IMG/VR virus record: IMGVR_UViG_3300022924_000017
Coordinates: 22,054 to 86,053 of that record
DNA: 64,000 bases
Strand: one strand, 5' to 3'
Source: a virus
Taxonomy: Duplodnaviria > Heunggongvirae > Uroviricota > Caudoviricetes
How positions within the stretch are numbered: the stretch's first letter is position 1; every line of letters starts with the position of its first letter. The notes below the pieces were generated by a model. The model was not told the DNA's origin, searched no databases, and saw nothing but the letters and a program-made list of their open reading frames with translations. Positions 10,162 through 19,455 of this stretch are shown in pieces. Position numbers and translations under genes: made by a program.

Positions 10162-10522
10162 CGAACACCACACAGCACACACGCGGGGTTTCTGGGAAGG
10201 TCACCCTGCGTCTCTAGAGATTAGAGAGAACCCGAGCATGATTGCTCATAAACTTGGTGTCGCAGCCCACAATTTGATACATAAAGAAACAATGGCGGTA
10301 CCCGTACCGTCATTGCATACTATTCAGTTTGTTGCGCGTGAACTACCACGAAACCTAGATGTTCTCGATGGTATCGACCAGTATTCATTGCTGGTCGAGA
10401 AGTCACTGCGTCACCCGAGGGTCAAGCCACTTGAGCGTGAGCTAGGGGGTCTATCTATTAGAGCGATCCGTGAACAGATACCTTACTTAAAAGACTTTTA
10501 CACGAACAAAACGATTCTGTAA
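10124..10522 (+). CDS. hypothetical protein
   Basis: 132-aa ORF. Confidence 0.3.
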   Translation: MMVRSMTGMIRFNEHHTAHTRGFWEGHPASLEIRENPSMIAHKLGVAAHNLIHKETMAVPVPSLHTIQFVARELPRNLDVLDGIDQYSLLVEKSLRHPRVKPLERELGGLSIRAIREQIPYLKDFYTNKTIL

Positions 10523-10665
10523 TTATTCAGATTCTTTTGTATTGATCTTCTTGATTAGTTCGAAGAGTTCTTTTTCAGCTTGTTCTTCGATGACATCGTC
10601 TAATTCGCTCATACTGGTAATCCCTCTGTTATGTGTTCCTATAAGTCATTATACACCTAATAAAA

Positions 10666-10690
10666 GAATAACCCCTTGTCGGGGTTATTT
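10666..10690. terminator. bidirectional rho-independent terminator
   Basis: AACCCC-TTGTC-GGGGTT followed by ATTTT; lies between convergent gene sets. Confidence 0.6.
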
Positions 10691-11035
10691 TCGTGTGAAC
10701 AGTATGTTGATGAATATCGCGACCGCTGATATTGCGAACGTGAGTGCTAACCACTCGAGAATGTTCGGTCCCAAGAACAGCGAGTATATCCCAGCTATCC
10801 AGATACTGCAACATTTGAAGCAGGTTAGACCGTCGAAGAAGTGCCCTGGTTCGTCAGAGGTATTTCTAGCTGCCCATGCTCTGAATCGGTCGAAGATAGC
10901 CCCAGGGCCTGACTCTTCTTGAATCATGTGAACTGCACGCCATACGAACAATGGCCCAAGAATGATGAATAGTAGTGACATTATGCCTTTTTCTTCGGTG
11001 CGCGACCGACGTGATAGAAGGGGCAGAAGTTGCAT
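10685..11035 (-). CDS. membrane protein
   Basis: 116 aa, multiple TM helices. Confidence 0.4.
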   Translation of the reverse strand: MQLLPLLSRRSRTEEKGIMSLLFIILGPLFVWRAVHMIQEESGPGAIFDRFRAWAARNTSDEPGHFFDGLTCFKCCSIWIAGIYSLFLGPNILEWLALTFAISAVAIFINILFTRK

Positions 11036-11205
11036 TTGTATGCTTTTACTGCGTCGCCCTTCTCTTTATTAAACTCTTTTGCAGCTTCGTATGAGGAGTG
11101 ACGTATCTTACCCGTGCAAGACGCGAGCTCCTTCGGGTTGATGTGTTTTCCGTGCTTCTGAGCATTTCGGATTGTATCCCTAATTCGCTTGCGCTTGCCG
11201 ACCAT
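10981..11205 (-). CDS. small basic Cys-containing protein (possible zinc ribbon)
   Basis: 74 aa; C..C ... CNFCPF pattern. Confidence 0.35.
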   Translation of the reverse strand: MVGKRKRIRDTIRNAQKHGKHINPKELASCTGKIRHSSYEAAKEFNKEKGDAVKAYKCNFCPFYHVGRAPKKKA

Positions 11206-11256
11206 AATCGTCCTCCCCTATACCTATGTCATATATGAACTGATTTTAGCACAGTT

Positions 11257-11835
11257 TTACTTTAGGCTGTAGATGAAGTCGTAACCACTCGCTGAGATTG
11301 TGCGAATGTTCACCTTACCGATACCGCCAGCGTAGTTCATTTCGCTAATAGTCATCTCTGTTTTATCACGAGACATACTTTCAACGATAAACACGTGACC
11401 AGCCCAACCAGCGTAACTTACGCCAATTGCCCCGATCTTAGGTTCTTTACCGATTTCATAGCCTTCTGCTCGTGCTGAAGATGTCCAACGGTTAGCGTTA
11501 CCCCAGAAACTACCTATATCAGGTCGTTGAGAGCGCGCGTACCACGTACATTGACCCCAAGCGTAACTGTTACCACCTTTGTTCGGTGAGTCGCGTCCAG
11601 GCTCAACAAAGAAGCTCTTGAGGTTAGCTACAGCATCATCTGCTGCCTTAATTTGTGCTTCGAGGGTAGTTCGCTGTGTCGCGATCTTTTCTCGTTCTGC
11701 TTTTTCTTCTGCGATTTGTTTGGTCATTTCGACCATCATTGTTTGTTGAACTCGCTGTTGTTCTAGTTGCGGGTTAGGTAACGCAGGTATACCTTGTAGC
11801 GACATCAATGAAGCAACAGCAAACTCGACTATCAT
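11257..11835 (-). CDS. CHAP-domain peptidoglycan hydrolase
   Basis: GQCTWYA...GHVFIV Cys/His CHAP signature; N-terminal coiled-coil. Confidence 0.7.
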   Translation of the reverse strand: MIVEFAVASLMSLQGIPALPNPQLEQQRVQQTMMVEMTKQIAEEKAEREKIATQRTTLEAQIKAADDAVANLKSFFVEPGRDSPNKGGNSYAWGQCTWYARSQRPDIGSFWGNANRWTSSARAEGYEIGKEPKIGAIGVSYAGWAGHVFIVESMSRDKTEMTISEMNYAGGIGKVNIRTISASGYDFIYSLK

Positions 11836-12080
11836 CTAAGTCTCGCTTCGAGCGTTTGACGCTCAGTTTCAAGGGTAGCAAGAGTTTCTTGCTTCTCCTG
11901 AAGTGAAATTAAGCCAGAATCGTTGTCTGACTGAATGGTCTTTAATTGGTTGTCCAACTGTTCAATTGTGACAGTTGGTGCTGTATCCTTGCGATCAGGT
12001 AAAACGGTGATGAAAGCTGCGATAATCAAAATTACCACGATGCCAACACCACCAAACAACACTAATTGTTTGATACTCAT
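11832..12080 (-). CDS. TM plus coiled-coil protein (i-spanin or holin-like)
   Basis: N-terminal TM helix then periplasmic coiled-coil; start overlaps the CHAP gene. Confidence 0.4.
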   Translation of the reverse strand: MSIKQLVLFGGVGIVVILIIAAFITVLPDRKDTAPTVTIEQLDNQLKTIQSDNDSGLISLQEKQETLATLETERQTLEARLR

Positions 12081-12262
12081 AATGTAGGCTTACCTCTCGT
12101 TTTCACGGTGGTAGGGAGTTCGCCTGTATTACTCCTGTATATAAATTATATGAATTACTAAGTGAAAAAGGTACTGACCGACTGGTCCGCTATGTATCAT
12201 TATACACGAAGATTGGGCACGAATGTTATTTACGAAAGCTCAAAAATAGCTATAATGAAGTT

Positions 12263-12520
12263 ATGGTAGATCAAGCGTCACTGTACCCGAGGGTACTGGT
12301 CAGTGACACGGGGGGTAGTGTTATAACTATCGACGGTGTATTAAGACCAGCGCAACCAGCGCAAATCAACACGTTAGACGTGGGTTATTACAATGAAGAA
12401 ACGGTTGCACAGATTATGCACAAGCAAAAAAGCAACTGGTTCGAGTTCAAATATCACCACAAGCTCGCGCGTCACATGTTTATTGTCAGTTCAGACCTTG
12501 ACGTAAACTTAGATAAATGA
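12263..12520 (+). CDS. hypothetical protein (moron-like islet)
   Basis: 85-aa + strand ORF among minus-strand genes. Confidence 0.4.
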   Translation: MVDQASLYPRVLVSDTGGSVITIDGVLRPAQPAQINTLDVGYYNEETVAQIMHKQKSNWFEFKYHHKLARHMFIVSSDLDVNLDK

Positions 12521-12533
12521 TATTATAATTTAT

Positions 12534-12749
12534 ATGACAGATACGAAGAACGTAAGCGATTATGCTGAAGCGAATATAACCCAAATAGACGAAATTAAGC
12601 GTCTTTATAATACGGGTCAAATTACTCGTGAAGAAGCGTATGAACGCGCTCAACCTATTTTAGATGCGATTGACGAGCGTGGTAAGGTCATCGCGAAGAA
12701 GCACGGTCGTAGATACGTTAAACTCAGCTTCGTTAGCTTAATGAGATAG
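12534..12749 (+). CDS. hypothetical protein (moron-like islet)
   Basis: 71-aa ORF followed by a strong terminator. Confidence 0.4.
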   Translation: MTDTKNVSDYAEANITQIDEIKRLYNTGQITREEAYERAQPILDAIDERGKVIAKKHGRRYVKLSFVSLMR

Positions 12750-12752
12750 AAA

Positions 12753-12785
12753 AACCCACCTGCGAGAGTGGGTTTTCTTTTTTGT
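12753..12785 (+). terminator. rho-independent terminator
   Basis: AAAAACCCACCTGCGAGAGTGGGTTTTCTTTTTTG. Confidence 0.8.
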
Positions 12786-12796
12786 TTCGATGTTTA

Positions 12797-13183
12797 TTAG
12801 AAAGGGATCGCAGATAGGTCGATAGGTTTATCCTCGATGTCGTCGATAACTACATCTTGACTTCCACTATCTTGCTTCTTTGGGTCGATGAACACGATTT
12901 CACGAGCGTTAATCTCGATCTTACTGTGCTTTTGACCATCTTTGTCCCATGTTCGTTGCTGTAACTGACCTTGCAGTAGGATTCGTGAACCCTTGCTGAA
13001 GTGGTTAGCAACTAATTCGGCAGTCTTTTCCCACGCGGTAACGTCGATAAAGCTAGTGTCGCCCTCTTTGTAGCCATTTACTGCTACAGAGAAACTTACT
13101 ACGTTCTTGCCTGTTGTTGTTGATTTTAGTTCTGGGTCTTTGGTAAGACGTCCAGTGATGGTGACGGTATTTAAGTCTGCCAT
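12797..13183 (-). CDS. ssb: single-stranded DNA-binding protein
   Basis: OB-fold SSB sequence MADLNTVTITGRLTKDPELK... with acidic C-terminal tail ending DLSAIPF; start moved to the internal ATG with RBS (track ORF extends to 13303). Confidence 0.8.
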   Translation of the reverse strand: MADLNTVTITGRLTKDPELKSTTTGKNVVSFSVAVNGYKEGDTSFIDVTAWEKTAELVANHFSKGSRILLQGQLQQRTWDKDGQKHSKIEINAREIVFIDPKKQDSGSQDVVIDDIEDKPIDLSAIPF

Positions 13184-13415
13184 TTTATTCCTTCGGCTTT
13201 CGCCCTTTACATAGTTATTACTCTTCTTATTATACACGGATTTGGGGTTCTGGCTACCCAATTGTGCAGACCAAAGTACCTCTGTTAAAGACCCAGGATC
13301 CACTTAATTGCCGCTACCGCTAACGCGATTACAACAGCTACAATACACGCAATAACAATTGCTGCGGCTGTACCTACGATTAGTGCTCCGCCTTTGTCTT
13401 CTGGTTCGTTCTTGT

Positions 13416-13697
13416 TCATACTACCTCTTTTATTTTTACGTCTATATCAGTTGCATACATCACAGTGTCACTTATCTTGGCTCCTAGGCCCTTCGTGAGC
13501 TTCCTGCTTGCACCCAAACCTATCTTCTCTTTCTCTAGGTACTGCACGAAACGTGCACCCATAACGTGAGAAAACACTACGGTCACAGCGATAATATCGT
13601 CGTGTGTATAGTGTAACGGAAGTTTACCTGCAGCGTCATCACGCATGATTTCTTCTGCAAGTCGGTGTAGTGGTTCAAGTTTCTCCGTCTGCATCAT
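13416..13697 (-). CDS. hypothetical protein
   Basis: 93-aa ORF. Confidence 0.35.
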   Translation of the reverse strand: MMQTEKLEPLHRLAEEIMRDDAAGKLPLHYTHDDIIAVTVVFSHVMGARFVQYLEKEKIGLGASRKLTKGLGAKISDTVMYATDIDVKIKEVV

Positions 13698-13877
13698 CTT
13701 TGTCCTTACCAGCCTTGAACCCTAAAGTCGGCTTCTCTTTTTCAATATCGAGCTTCAGATTGTCGATAAAGAGACTCAGAATAACCCGAGACTCCTTATC
13801 TTCAATCAGAGCGTTCGCGAGCTTTGCCTTCGCTAGTAGTTCCTTTTTATTCATATCCCTATACTACCTATCAATCC

Positions 13878-14810
13878 CTAAAACTTCAAGTCGTGGTCTG
13901 CAGCCTGAAATACCATCAAACCAAGGTCACGTCGCCACATATCAACCACCTGTGGGCGGTCGTCAAACACTGCAAGTACATTGTATTTGTCTTTGATGTG
14001 TTGCTCGTACAGCTCTTTCTTTGTGATAGAGTCCTGTCGGTCGTCATTGTCTGCACGCATAATGAGTTCATCATACGGTATTGACCATTGGTCTAACCAT
14101 GCTTCGGTTGCCGCTCGAGCACCCTCTTTACGACCACTCAATAGAATGATGTGTGTGTACTTCGTGTGCTTACGTGAAAAGTCATCACGAAACAGGTCGA
14201 TAGCGTCGAAGATGTGTGTTAATGCGTAGTTCGGTGTGTCATTCTTAACTTGCTCAAGATCGTACCAGCTACGACCAGTGAGGTTGTGAGCCAGCGTACC
14301 ATCAATGTCGCACAAGAACGCACGTGGTAGTTTGTCTTTCCAGTCAGAACGTCGTTGGTGAAAGCCTGGGTGAACGTACTTGTAATACATATCTAAGATA
14401 ACGTCTTTGCCGATGCTCTTCTCGCGGTCTTCATCACGCTTGATACATTCATCAACTGGTACATCTAAGAAGCTGTCATCAACTTCAAAGTCAACGTCAG
14501 TCTCGGTAGCCAGCATTCGAAGTTGCCCACGGTGCTTAGGGTCGAGGTTTGTGTCTGAAACGACTACACTGTTGCCAGCTCGTAGTGCGTCACGAATAAG
14601 ACGGTTGCGCTCTCGAATAACGATAGCTTCATCACCGCGTTTGTGGTTGTATTCACCGCCTTCGAACAGCTTGCTGTCTTTGCGAATAATGTCTTTTTCA
14701 ACCTGCACCCACGTTTCTTCGGGGGTACTATTGTCTGTCAGCTCGGTAGCTGCTGTGCTCTTACCTGAGCCAGGTAGACCGACCATCATGCGTAGAATAG
14801 GTTTTTTCAT
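13878..14810 (-). CDS. pnk: bifunctional polynucleotide 5'-kinase / 3'-phosphatase (T4 Pnk-like)
   Basis: N-terminal P-loop GLPGSGKST; C-terminal HAD phosphatase motif LCDIDGTLA. Confidence 0.8.
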   Translation of the reverse strand: MKKPILRMMVGLPGSGKSTAATELTDNSTPEETWVQVEKDIIRKDSKLFEGGEYNHKRGDEAIVIRERNRLIRDALRAGNSVVVSDTNLDPKHRGQLRMLATETDVDFEVDDSFLDVPVDECIKRDEDREKSIGKDVILDMYYKYVHPGFHQRRSDWKDKLPRAFLCDIDGTLAHNLTGRSWYDLEQVKNDTPNYALTHIFDAIDLFRDDFSRKHTKYTHIILLSGRKEGARAATEAWLDQWSIPYDELIMRADNDDRQDSITKKELYEQHIKDKYNVLAVFDDRPQVVDMWRRDLGLMVFQAADHDLKF

Positions 14811-14828
14811 CTTTGTCCTTTTATGTTT

Positions 14829-15740
14829 TTATGCGTCAGTACTACTATAAGCAACGCTCACGTCGTTGTCTAGTATGTCGTGAAAGACTGTTCTGATTCT
14901 GTTTGATAGTAATTTCGCGAGTTTTTTGTTATCAATCGCAGGGGCTGACCTGAATATTTCCCACGCTTCTTCAGTGATGATGTCGTGTTGCGTCATACCG
15001 ATAATACGAGGGGTGTCTGAGATTACAGCTTTGCGGCTTTCTAGTGATTCGAATTTCTTGATGATTTTCTCAACTCGAGCAAGTGTTACATAGTTAGATG
15101 TAATTCTAAGCTCGTGATATACGGGGTCACTCTTGCTGTAGTTACCAAAGAGTTCGTTATTCACTTCCTTAAACTTGTCGTTGACGTACTTCGCATAGGT
15201 AATGTCACCGAATTGGTTTCGGTATGTGTCGCTTTTGATGACGACACCTTCGTTCATAACGCCACGGTCGGTTCGTGAAGCAAACTCTTTGATCTCATCG
15301 AAGGTGAACTTACCCGTACCATAGTGGTTAGGGGTTTCTAGGTCTAGCTCTTGAGCCAGGTTTCGTACTTCTTCTTGCGTCCAGTTGGTGTCGGTTGCGC
15401 TGTTGTACACGTCAAACAGATAAACCTTACCGTAGTATCGCGGGTCGTATTTAATAGTGTGTCGCACAAGCAACTCACCATAAAAGATAATGTCTGGGTT
15501 CGCTGTTAAGAACTCGACTACCTTTGGGTTGTTTCTAATAATCTCTTGACCGCCCCTAAAGTTCTCACCGATAGGTAGCATTCTGCTTTTTGTACCACAC
15601 CTAACTTCACCTTCGTGGAAAAAGGCAGTGAAGTTAGCACCGTCTAGCTTTTCAGAGACGCTAACGACACCGTCAAGGATGCCCTTTGTCTCTTCTACGC
15701 TCATTCGGTAGATTTTTGGATACGATCTGTATATAGCCAT
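14829..15740 (-). CDS. RNA ligase (nucleotidyltransferase superfamily)
   Basis: KLDGAN (KxDG) adenylation motif; adjacent to Pnk as in T4 tRNA repair. Confidence 0.65.
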   Translation of the reverse strand: MAIYRSYPKIYRMSVEETKGILDGVVSVSEKLDGANFTAFFHEGEVRCGTKSRMLPIGENFRGGQEIIRNNPKVVEFLTANPDIIFYGELLVRHTIKYDPRYYGKVYLFDVYNSATDTNWTQEEVRNLAQELDLETPNHYGTGKFTFDEIKEFASRTDRGVMNEGVVIKSDTYRNQFGDITYAKYVNDKFKEVNNELFGNYSKSDPVYHELRITSNYVTLARVEKIIKKFESLESRKAVISDTPRIIGMTQHDIITEEAWEIFRSAPAIDNKKLAKLLSNRIRTVFHDILDNDVSVAYSSTDA

Positions 15741-15764
15741 ACTTATAGTATGGACATCAATGCC

Positions 15765-15971
15765 CTATAAGTCAACTTCTTCGAAAAACTCGTTGAACTC
15801 ATTGTGCGTGATAGACAAGAAGAACGGTCGCTCTGTGCTTGTAAGCTCAACCTTTGAACGACCAATATCGAAAGGACTGTGATAAATAGCGTCTAATTCG
15901 AACACTTCGCCCTCTTTAACTACTCGTGCATTATGTGACTTGCTCTTGAACTTTGTTTTTGCTTTGTACAT
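15765..15971 (-). CDS. hypothetical protein
   Basis: 68-aa ORF. Confidence 0.3.
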   Translation of the reverse strand: MYKAKTKFKSKSHNARVVKEGEVFELDAIYHSPFDIGRSKVELTSTERPFFLSITHNEFNEFFEEVDL

Positions 15972-16031
15972 CTTATAGCCCCTTTACAGGACTAATTATA
16001 AGTCAGAAGCCGCAACTAAATCAATAGCTAT

Positions 16032-16652
16032 TTATGCGAGTTTCGTAACGGTAAAAGTCTTACCGTCAACTATTTCAAGAACACTACAGTCACCGAAGTG
16101 GGTAAGGTCTTGGTATTGCGAGAATGTGTCAACGCACCATACGTTTTGCTGTACTTCCCAACAAGTCTTGCTAGGGGTGTGACCGAACACTTGGTTTGGT
16201 TTGTAGACGTAGCCTTGCCCAGGTCGTACCCACATGTGCCCATCATCTGCGAGTGGGTGACGGTTAGGTGTCCAGTCGTCAGTCAGACCAGCGTGTGAAT
16301 AAGTGACCCCGTCAATTTCGTAGGTTTCTGGTAGCTTTCGCATAAAGTCGGTGAGTTGAGGTTCAGCGTCAAACATCATTTGAGCTTGAGGGTCCCAACC
16401 TGAATACATACCGCTATACTTCTTGTTGAAGTAACAGAGGTCGTGGTTACCACAGAGCGCGATGATATTAGGGTGAGTTTGCACCAATCGCTGTACTCGT
16501 AGAATCATATCGAGTCGGTCGAACCCGCTAGAGCCCCAGTTGTCGAGGTAGTCACCTAAAAGAACTACTTTGTCGTAGTTTTCAGCAACTTTTTCAACCT
16601 GATCTAGAATCCATTGTTTTTGGTGTGTGTCACCTACTGCAAGAACTTTCAC
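16032..16652 (-). CDS. Ser/Thr protein phosphatase family metallophosphoesterase
   Basis: GDTHQ, GDYLDNWG, GNHD motifs (lambda-PPase/T5-like). Confidence 0.75.
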   Translation of the reverse strand: MKVLAVGDTHQKQWILDQVEKVAENYDKVVLLGDYLDNWGSSGFDRLDMILRVQRLVQTHPNIIALCGNHDLCYFNKKYSGMYSGWDPQAQMMFDAEPQLTDFMRKLPETYEIDGVTYSHAGLTDDWTPNRHPLADDGHMWVRPGQGYVYKPNQVFGHTPSKTCWEVQQNVWCVDTFSQYQDLTHFGDCSVLEIVDGKTFTVTKLA

Positions 16653-16796
16653 TCTTCAACCTCTATATCGTTAATAACATTCTTAGCGTTTTCATAATCT
16701 TCAAGACTAAGTGTACTAACACCTAGTATACGCTGCAAGCGTGCTTTGTCGTCAGGGGTAAGACCTACTTCGTAAACGTATTCGCGTTCAGTCATA

Positions 16797-17372
16797 TTAG
16801 TCCCAGAACTGTCGAGCGTGGTGAGCCCAGAAAGTCATAGCGTTCACCGCTTTGCTGTGTAGCTTTTCTACCTTAGCGTGGTGTTCGTGCATCAGCTTTT
16901 TAACGCGAGCGTCAGTCAGCTTTTTACCAGTCTTCTCTTCACGCCATTCAACGGTGATATGTGAGGTGTCTTCTTCCCCCTCTGTGATATAAGCGTCTTC
17001 AAGGTTCACGATTTGACCCGCAAGACCAGTAGCCCAGTCACCGCGATCAACTTTTAGGTAGTTATCAATATCGGTGTAGACCTGCTTGAGGTTCTTGTAA
17101 CCAAAGTTGCTGCCTTCGTCTACCCACATCTTAAACATATATTCGAAGTCGCTAACACCCTTGCTCTCGTGCCACTTCAAGCTCTCTGAGATGAGTGTCA
17201 TCAAGTGGGTGCCGCTACTCCACATATCTTTGTCGCTATAACCGCGAGTTATGCGTTGACGACGAAACTTATGTATACGTGACCACGTCTTAGGTCGTAG
17301 TACTGTTTGCACCTTGTAGCGCAGTGACATACCTTCAATTTCTTCAGCGAGTTCTTTGAGAGTCTGTTTCAT
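16797..17372 (-). CDS. hypothetical protein
   Basis: 191-aa ORF. Confidence 0.4.
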   Translation of the reverse strand: MKQTLKELAEEIEGMSLRYKVQTVLRPKTWSRIHKFRRQRITRGYSDKDMWSSGTHLMTLISESLKWHESKGVSDFEYMFKMWVDEGSNFGYKNLKQVYTDIDNYLKVDRGDWATGLAGQIVNLEDAYITEGEEDTSHITVEWREEKTGKKLTDARVKKLMHEHHAKVEKLHSKAVNAMTFWAHHARQFWD

Positions 17373-17376
17373 AGGT

Positions 17377-17616
17377 CTATTTTACCTTTTTTCGACCCTT
17401 TTTACCAATAAAGTTATGGTGGGTGCGAATTGAGTGCTGTCGGTTCGAGTCAAAATTGCCGCTCTCGCAGGTTGCACACTTGTAGGTATTCTTGTTGCGT
17501 ATGTCCCATTTAGTGAATGCAAGACAGTCGCTACATTGTCTAATGACGTAGAAGCGGTTCGCGATGTCTTCGTCGCTGAACAGCCCGTCCATGTGTAGAG
17601 TCTCAAGTCTAGACAC
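17377..17616 (-). CDS. small zinc-finger-like protein
   Basis: C..C ... C..C spacing. Confidence 0.35.
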   Translation of the reverse strand: MSRLETLHMDGLFSDEDIANRFYVIRQCSDCLAFTKWDIRNKNTYKCATCESGNFDSNRQHSIRTHHNFIGKKGRKKVK

Positions 17617-17936
17617 TAATACAGACCCGTTTCTTTACCAGCGAGAAACGCTGCCATGATCTTGTTGTTCTGCTCGCGCTGACGGTTCAACGCTTTCTCG
17701 GTCGCACCAGAGTTTCGCTTGTGCTGTACAAACCAAGTGAGCGCGCCCTCGATAATCACGAACATATCGTCTTCAGGGGTGTTTCGCTTCCGCAATTCGC
17801 TGATTGATATATCAAGCGGTAGCCCTTTGTCGGTATAAAGTTTACCAACCCACGTACCCTGTTCTTCTAGATATGCTCGGTTGGGGTTCGATAACGATTC
17901 AACTATCTTCTCAAGTATTAGTTCTTGCTGCGCCAT
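17616..17936 (-). CDS. hypothetical protein
   Basis: 106-aa ORF. Confidence 0.35.
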   Translation of the reverse strand: MAQQELILEKIVESLSNPNRAYLEEQGTWVGKLYTDKGLPLDISISELRKRNTPEDDMFVIIEGALTWFVQHKRNSGATEKALNRQREQNNKIMAAFLAGKETGLY

Positions 17937-18471
17937 AAACTTCGATCCTATTCTTCATATTAGCCCAGATGTGCGGGTTAGCGTCTATCTCTTTAATTAT
18001 AAGCTGTTCAGACGGTTCGAGCGTATTATCAGGACAGAAGAAAACGAGTAAAGCCTTGGTCTTACCCATAATCATCATATTCCACTGCACTTGGGATAAA
18101 ATCTTCGCGTCAGTCGTAACCGCGTTCAATAAGTGTCGTGCTTTCATAAAACATTTGATCTCGACCATATATACGTCTGTGTACCCGTCTGGAGAGCAGC
18201 CTGCCCAAGGGAAGTCGCTATTGGTAACGAAACCCGTCTCGAGCGTTTGAATGTCGTACACGCGGTCCAGGAGCTTCCTTGCTACAGGCTCTAAGTCGTG
18301 ACCACGTTCCGTGTATTTGTTACCAGTGAAGTTGCTCTCTTTAAGAACATACGTTGCTGGGTTACGGGCTAGTAGAAACTCATACGAAGTTGACCCTGTG
18401 AGCGGGTGGTCTTCGCGAATAGCAAACCATTCAGGCGTGTTCTGTTCAATTTTATCGTGGTAGGTAATCAT
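17911..18471 (-). CDS. YqaJ-like (lambda-exonuclease-type) recombination exonuclease
   Basis: QNTPEWFAIREDHPLTGS motif characteristic of YqaJ/PD-(D/E)XK exonucleases. Confidence 0.65.
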   Translation of the reverse strand: MITYHDKIEQNTPEWFAIREDHPLTGSTSYEFLLARNPATYVLKESNFTGNKYTERGHDLEPVARKLLDRVYDIQTLETGFVTNSDFPWAGCSPDGYTDVYMVEIKCFMKARHLLNAVTTDAKILSQVQWNMMIMGKTKALLVFFCPDNTLEPSEQLIIKEIDANPHIWANMKNRIEVYGAARTNT

Positions 18472-18752
18472 TTAATAAGTTCTTTCGTTAGGGTTTCTCT
18501 AAGCTCTTTCAACACCTTTTGCGTGTCAGGTCGAGTAAGAATCGTTAGTAACTGGTCAACGGTTTCTATTTGCTTGTTTATCGCGTATCCTTCGATAAGA
18601 CCCACTGTGATTGGGAATGCGTCATCTTCAAGGTTGAACGGGTCAATGCCTTCGTACTCGTAGCTTTGCTTATCCCATCGGTTAGCCATGTTCAAGTCAG
18701 CTTGAACGCTTTGAAAAATTCGTAGGTGACCTAATACTCGGTTTTTACTCAT
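18468..18752 (-). CDS. hypothetical protein
   Basis: 94-aa ORF. Confidence 0.3.
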   Translation of the reverse strand: MSKNRVLGHLRIFQSVQADLNMANRWDKQSYEYEGIDPFNLEDDAFPITVGLIEGYAINKQIETVDQLLTILTRPDTQKVLKELRETLTKELIK

Positions 18753-19047
18753 ACATGTGCCTTATATAATCGTGCTCGTATTCTAGTATGTCGAGTCGTT
18801 CTTTTCTTATTTTCATACCCCGCTTTGAGGTAATCAAGAACCCAGCAAGCATAGCTAACTGGGCGATGAGTGCGATAAACTTCACGGGTGCAAGTGGTAT
18901 CAATAGCGATGGGAACATAAAGACGAAAGAACCATAGAGAAAACGCTTCTCCCATTTGTCGTTCTTTTTAACAAGCGCGTCATAAAACTTACCTGAATCG
19001 TGCAAGCGGTCTATGATTTGTTTTTGCTCTTGTTCAACGTCAAACAC
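18745..19047 (-). CDS. membrane protein
   Basis: 100 aa with two TM helices. Confidence 0.35.
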   Translation of the reverse strand: MFDVEQEQKQIIDRLHDSGKFYDALVKKNDKWEKRFLYGSFVFMFPSLLIPLAPVKFIALIAQLAMLAGFLITSKRGMKIRKERLDILEYEHDYIRHMYE

Positions 19048-19048
19048 T

Positions 19049-19453
19049 TTATCCTCTTAGGTAGTCGATAGCGTACTCGAGTGTCTCCCAGTTGACCCCT
19101 ATAGTAGCATCGTGATGGTTCTTTACATATTGTAAGACTGCTCTAGCGAGTTCGTAATCGTCTTCGCTATACTCGTCTTTCTCTTTGTAATCATACATCA
19201 CGTTAAACACGTCGTCAACAGACCATACTATGTCGATGCTGTCAACTTCCTTGTCGCGTAGATAATCGTTACAAGCGTCGCGAATTGCTTCAATTTCTTC
19301 GGGTAAAACTGCCCAAGCAACGCTACCAGTTTCGCGTGGTAGCAGTTGCTCTTCGATTAGGTTCTCAGCTCGTGAACTGCCGATCTTGTCGACCAGCAGC
19401 CATAGCCCCCCACCGTTCTTATCTTCTTTGATTTGTCCAGTGAGGTTCCCCAT
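19049..19453 (-). CDS. acidic hypothetical protein
   Basis: 134-aa ORF. Confidence 0.35.
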   Translation of the reverse strand: MGNLTGQIKEDKNGGGLWLLVDKIGSSRAENLIEEQLLPRETGSVAWAVLPEEIEAIRDACNDYLRDKEVDSIDIVWSVDDVFNVMYDYKEKDEYSEDDYELARAVLQYVKNHHDATIGVNWETLEYAIDYLRG

Positions 19454-19455
19454 AA

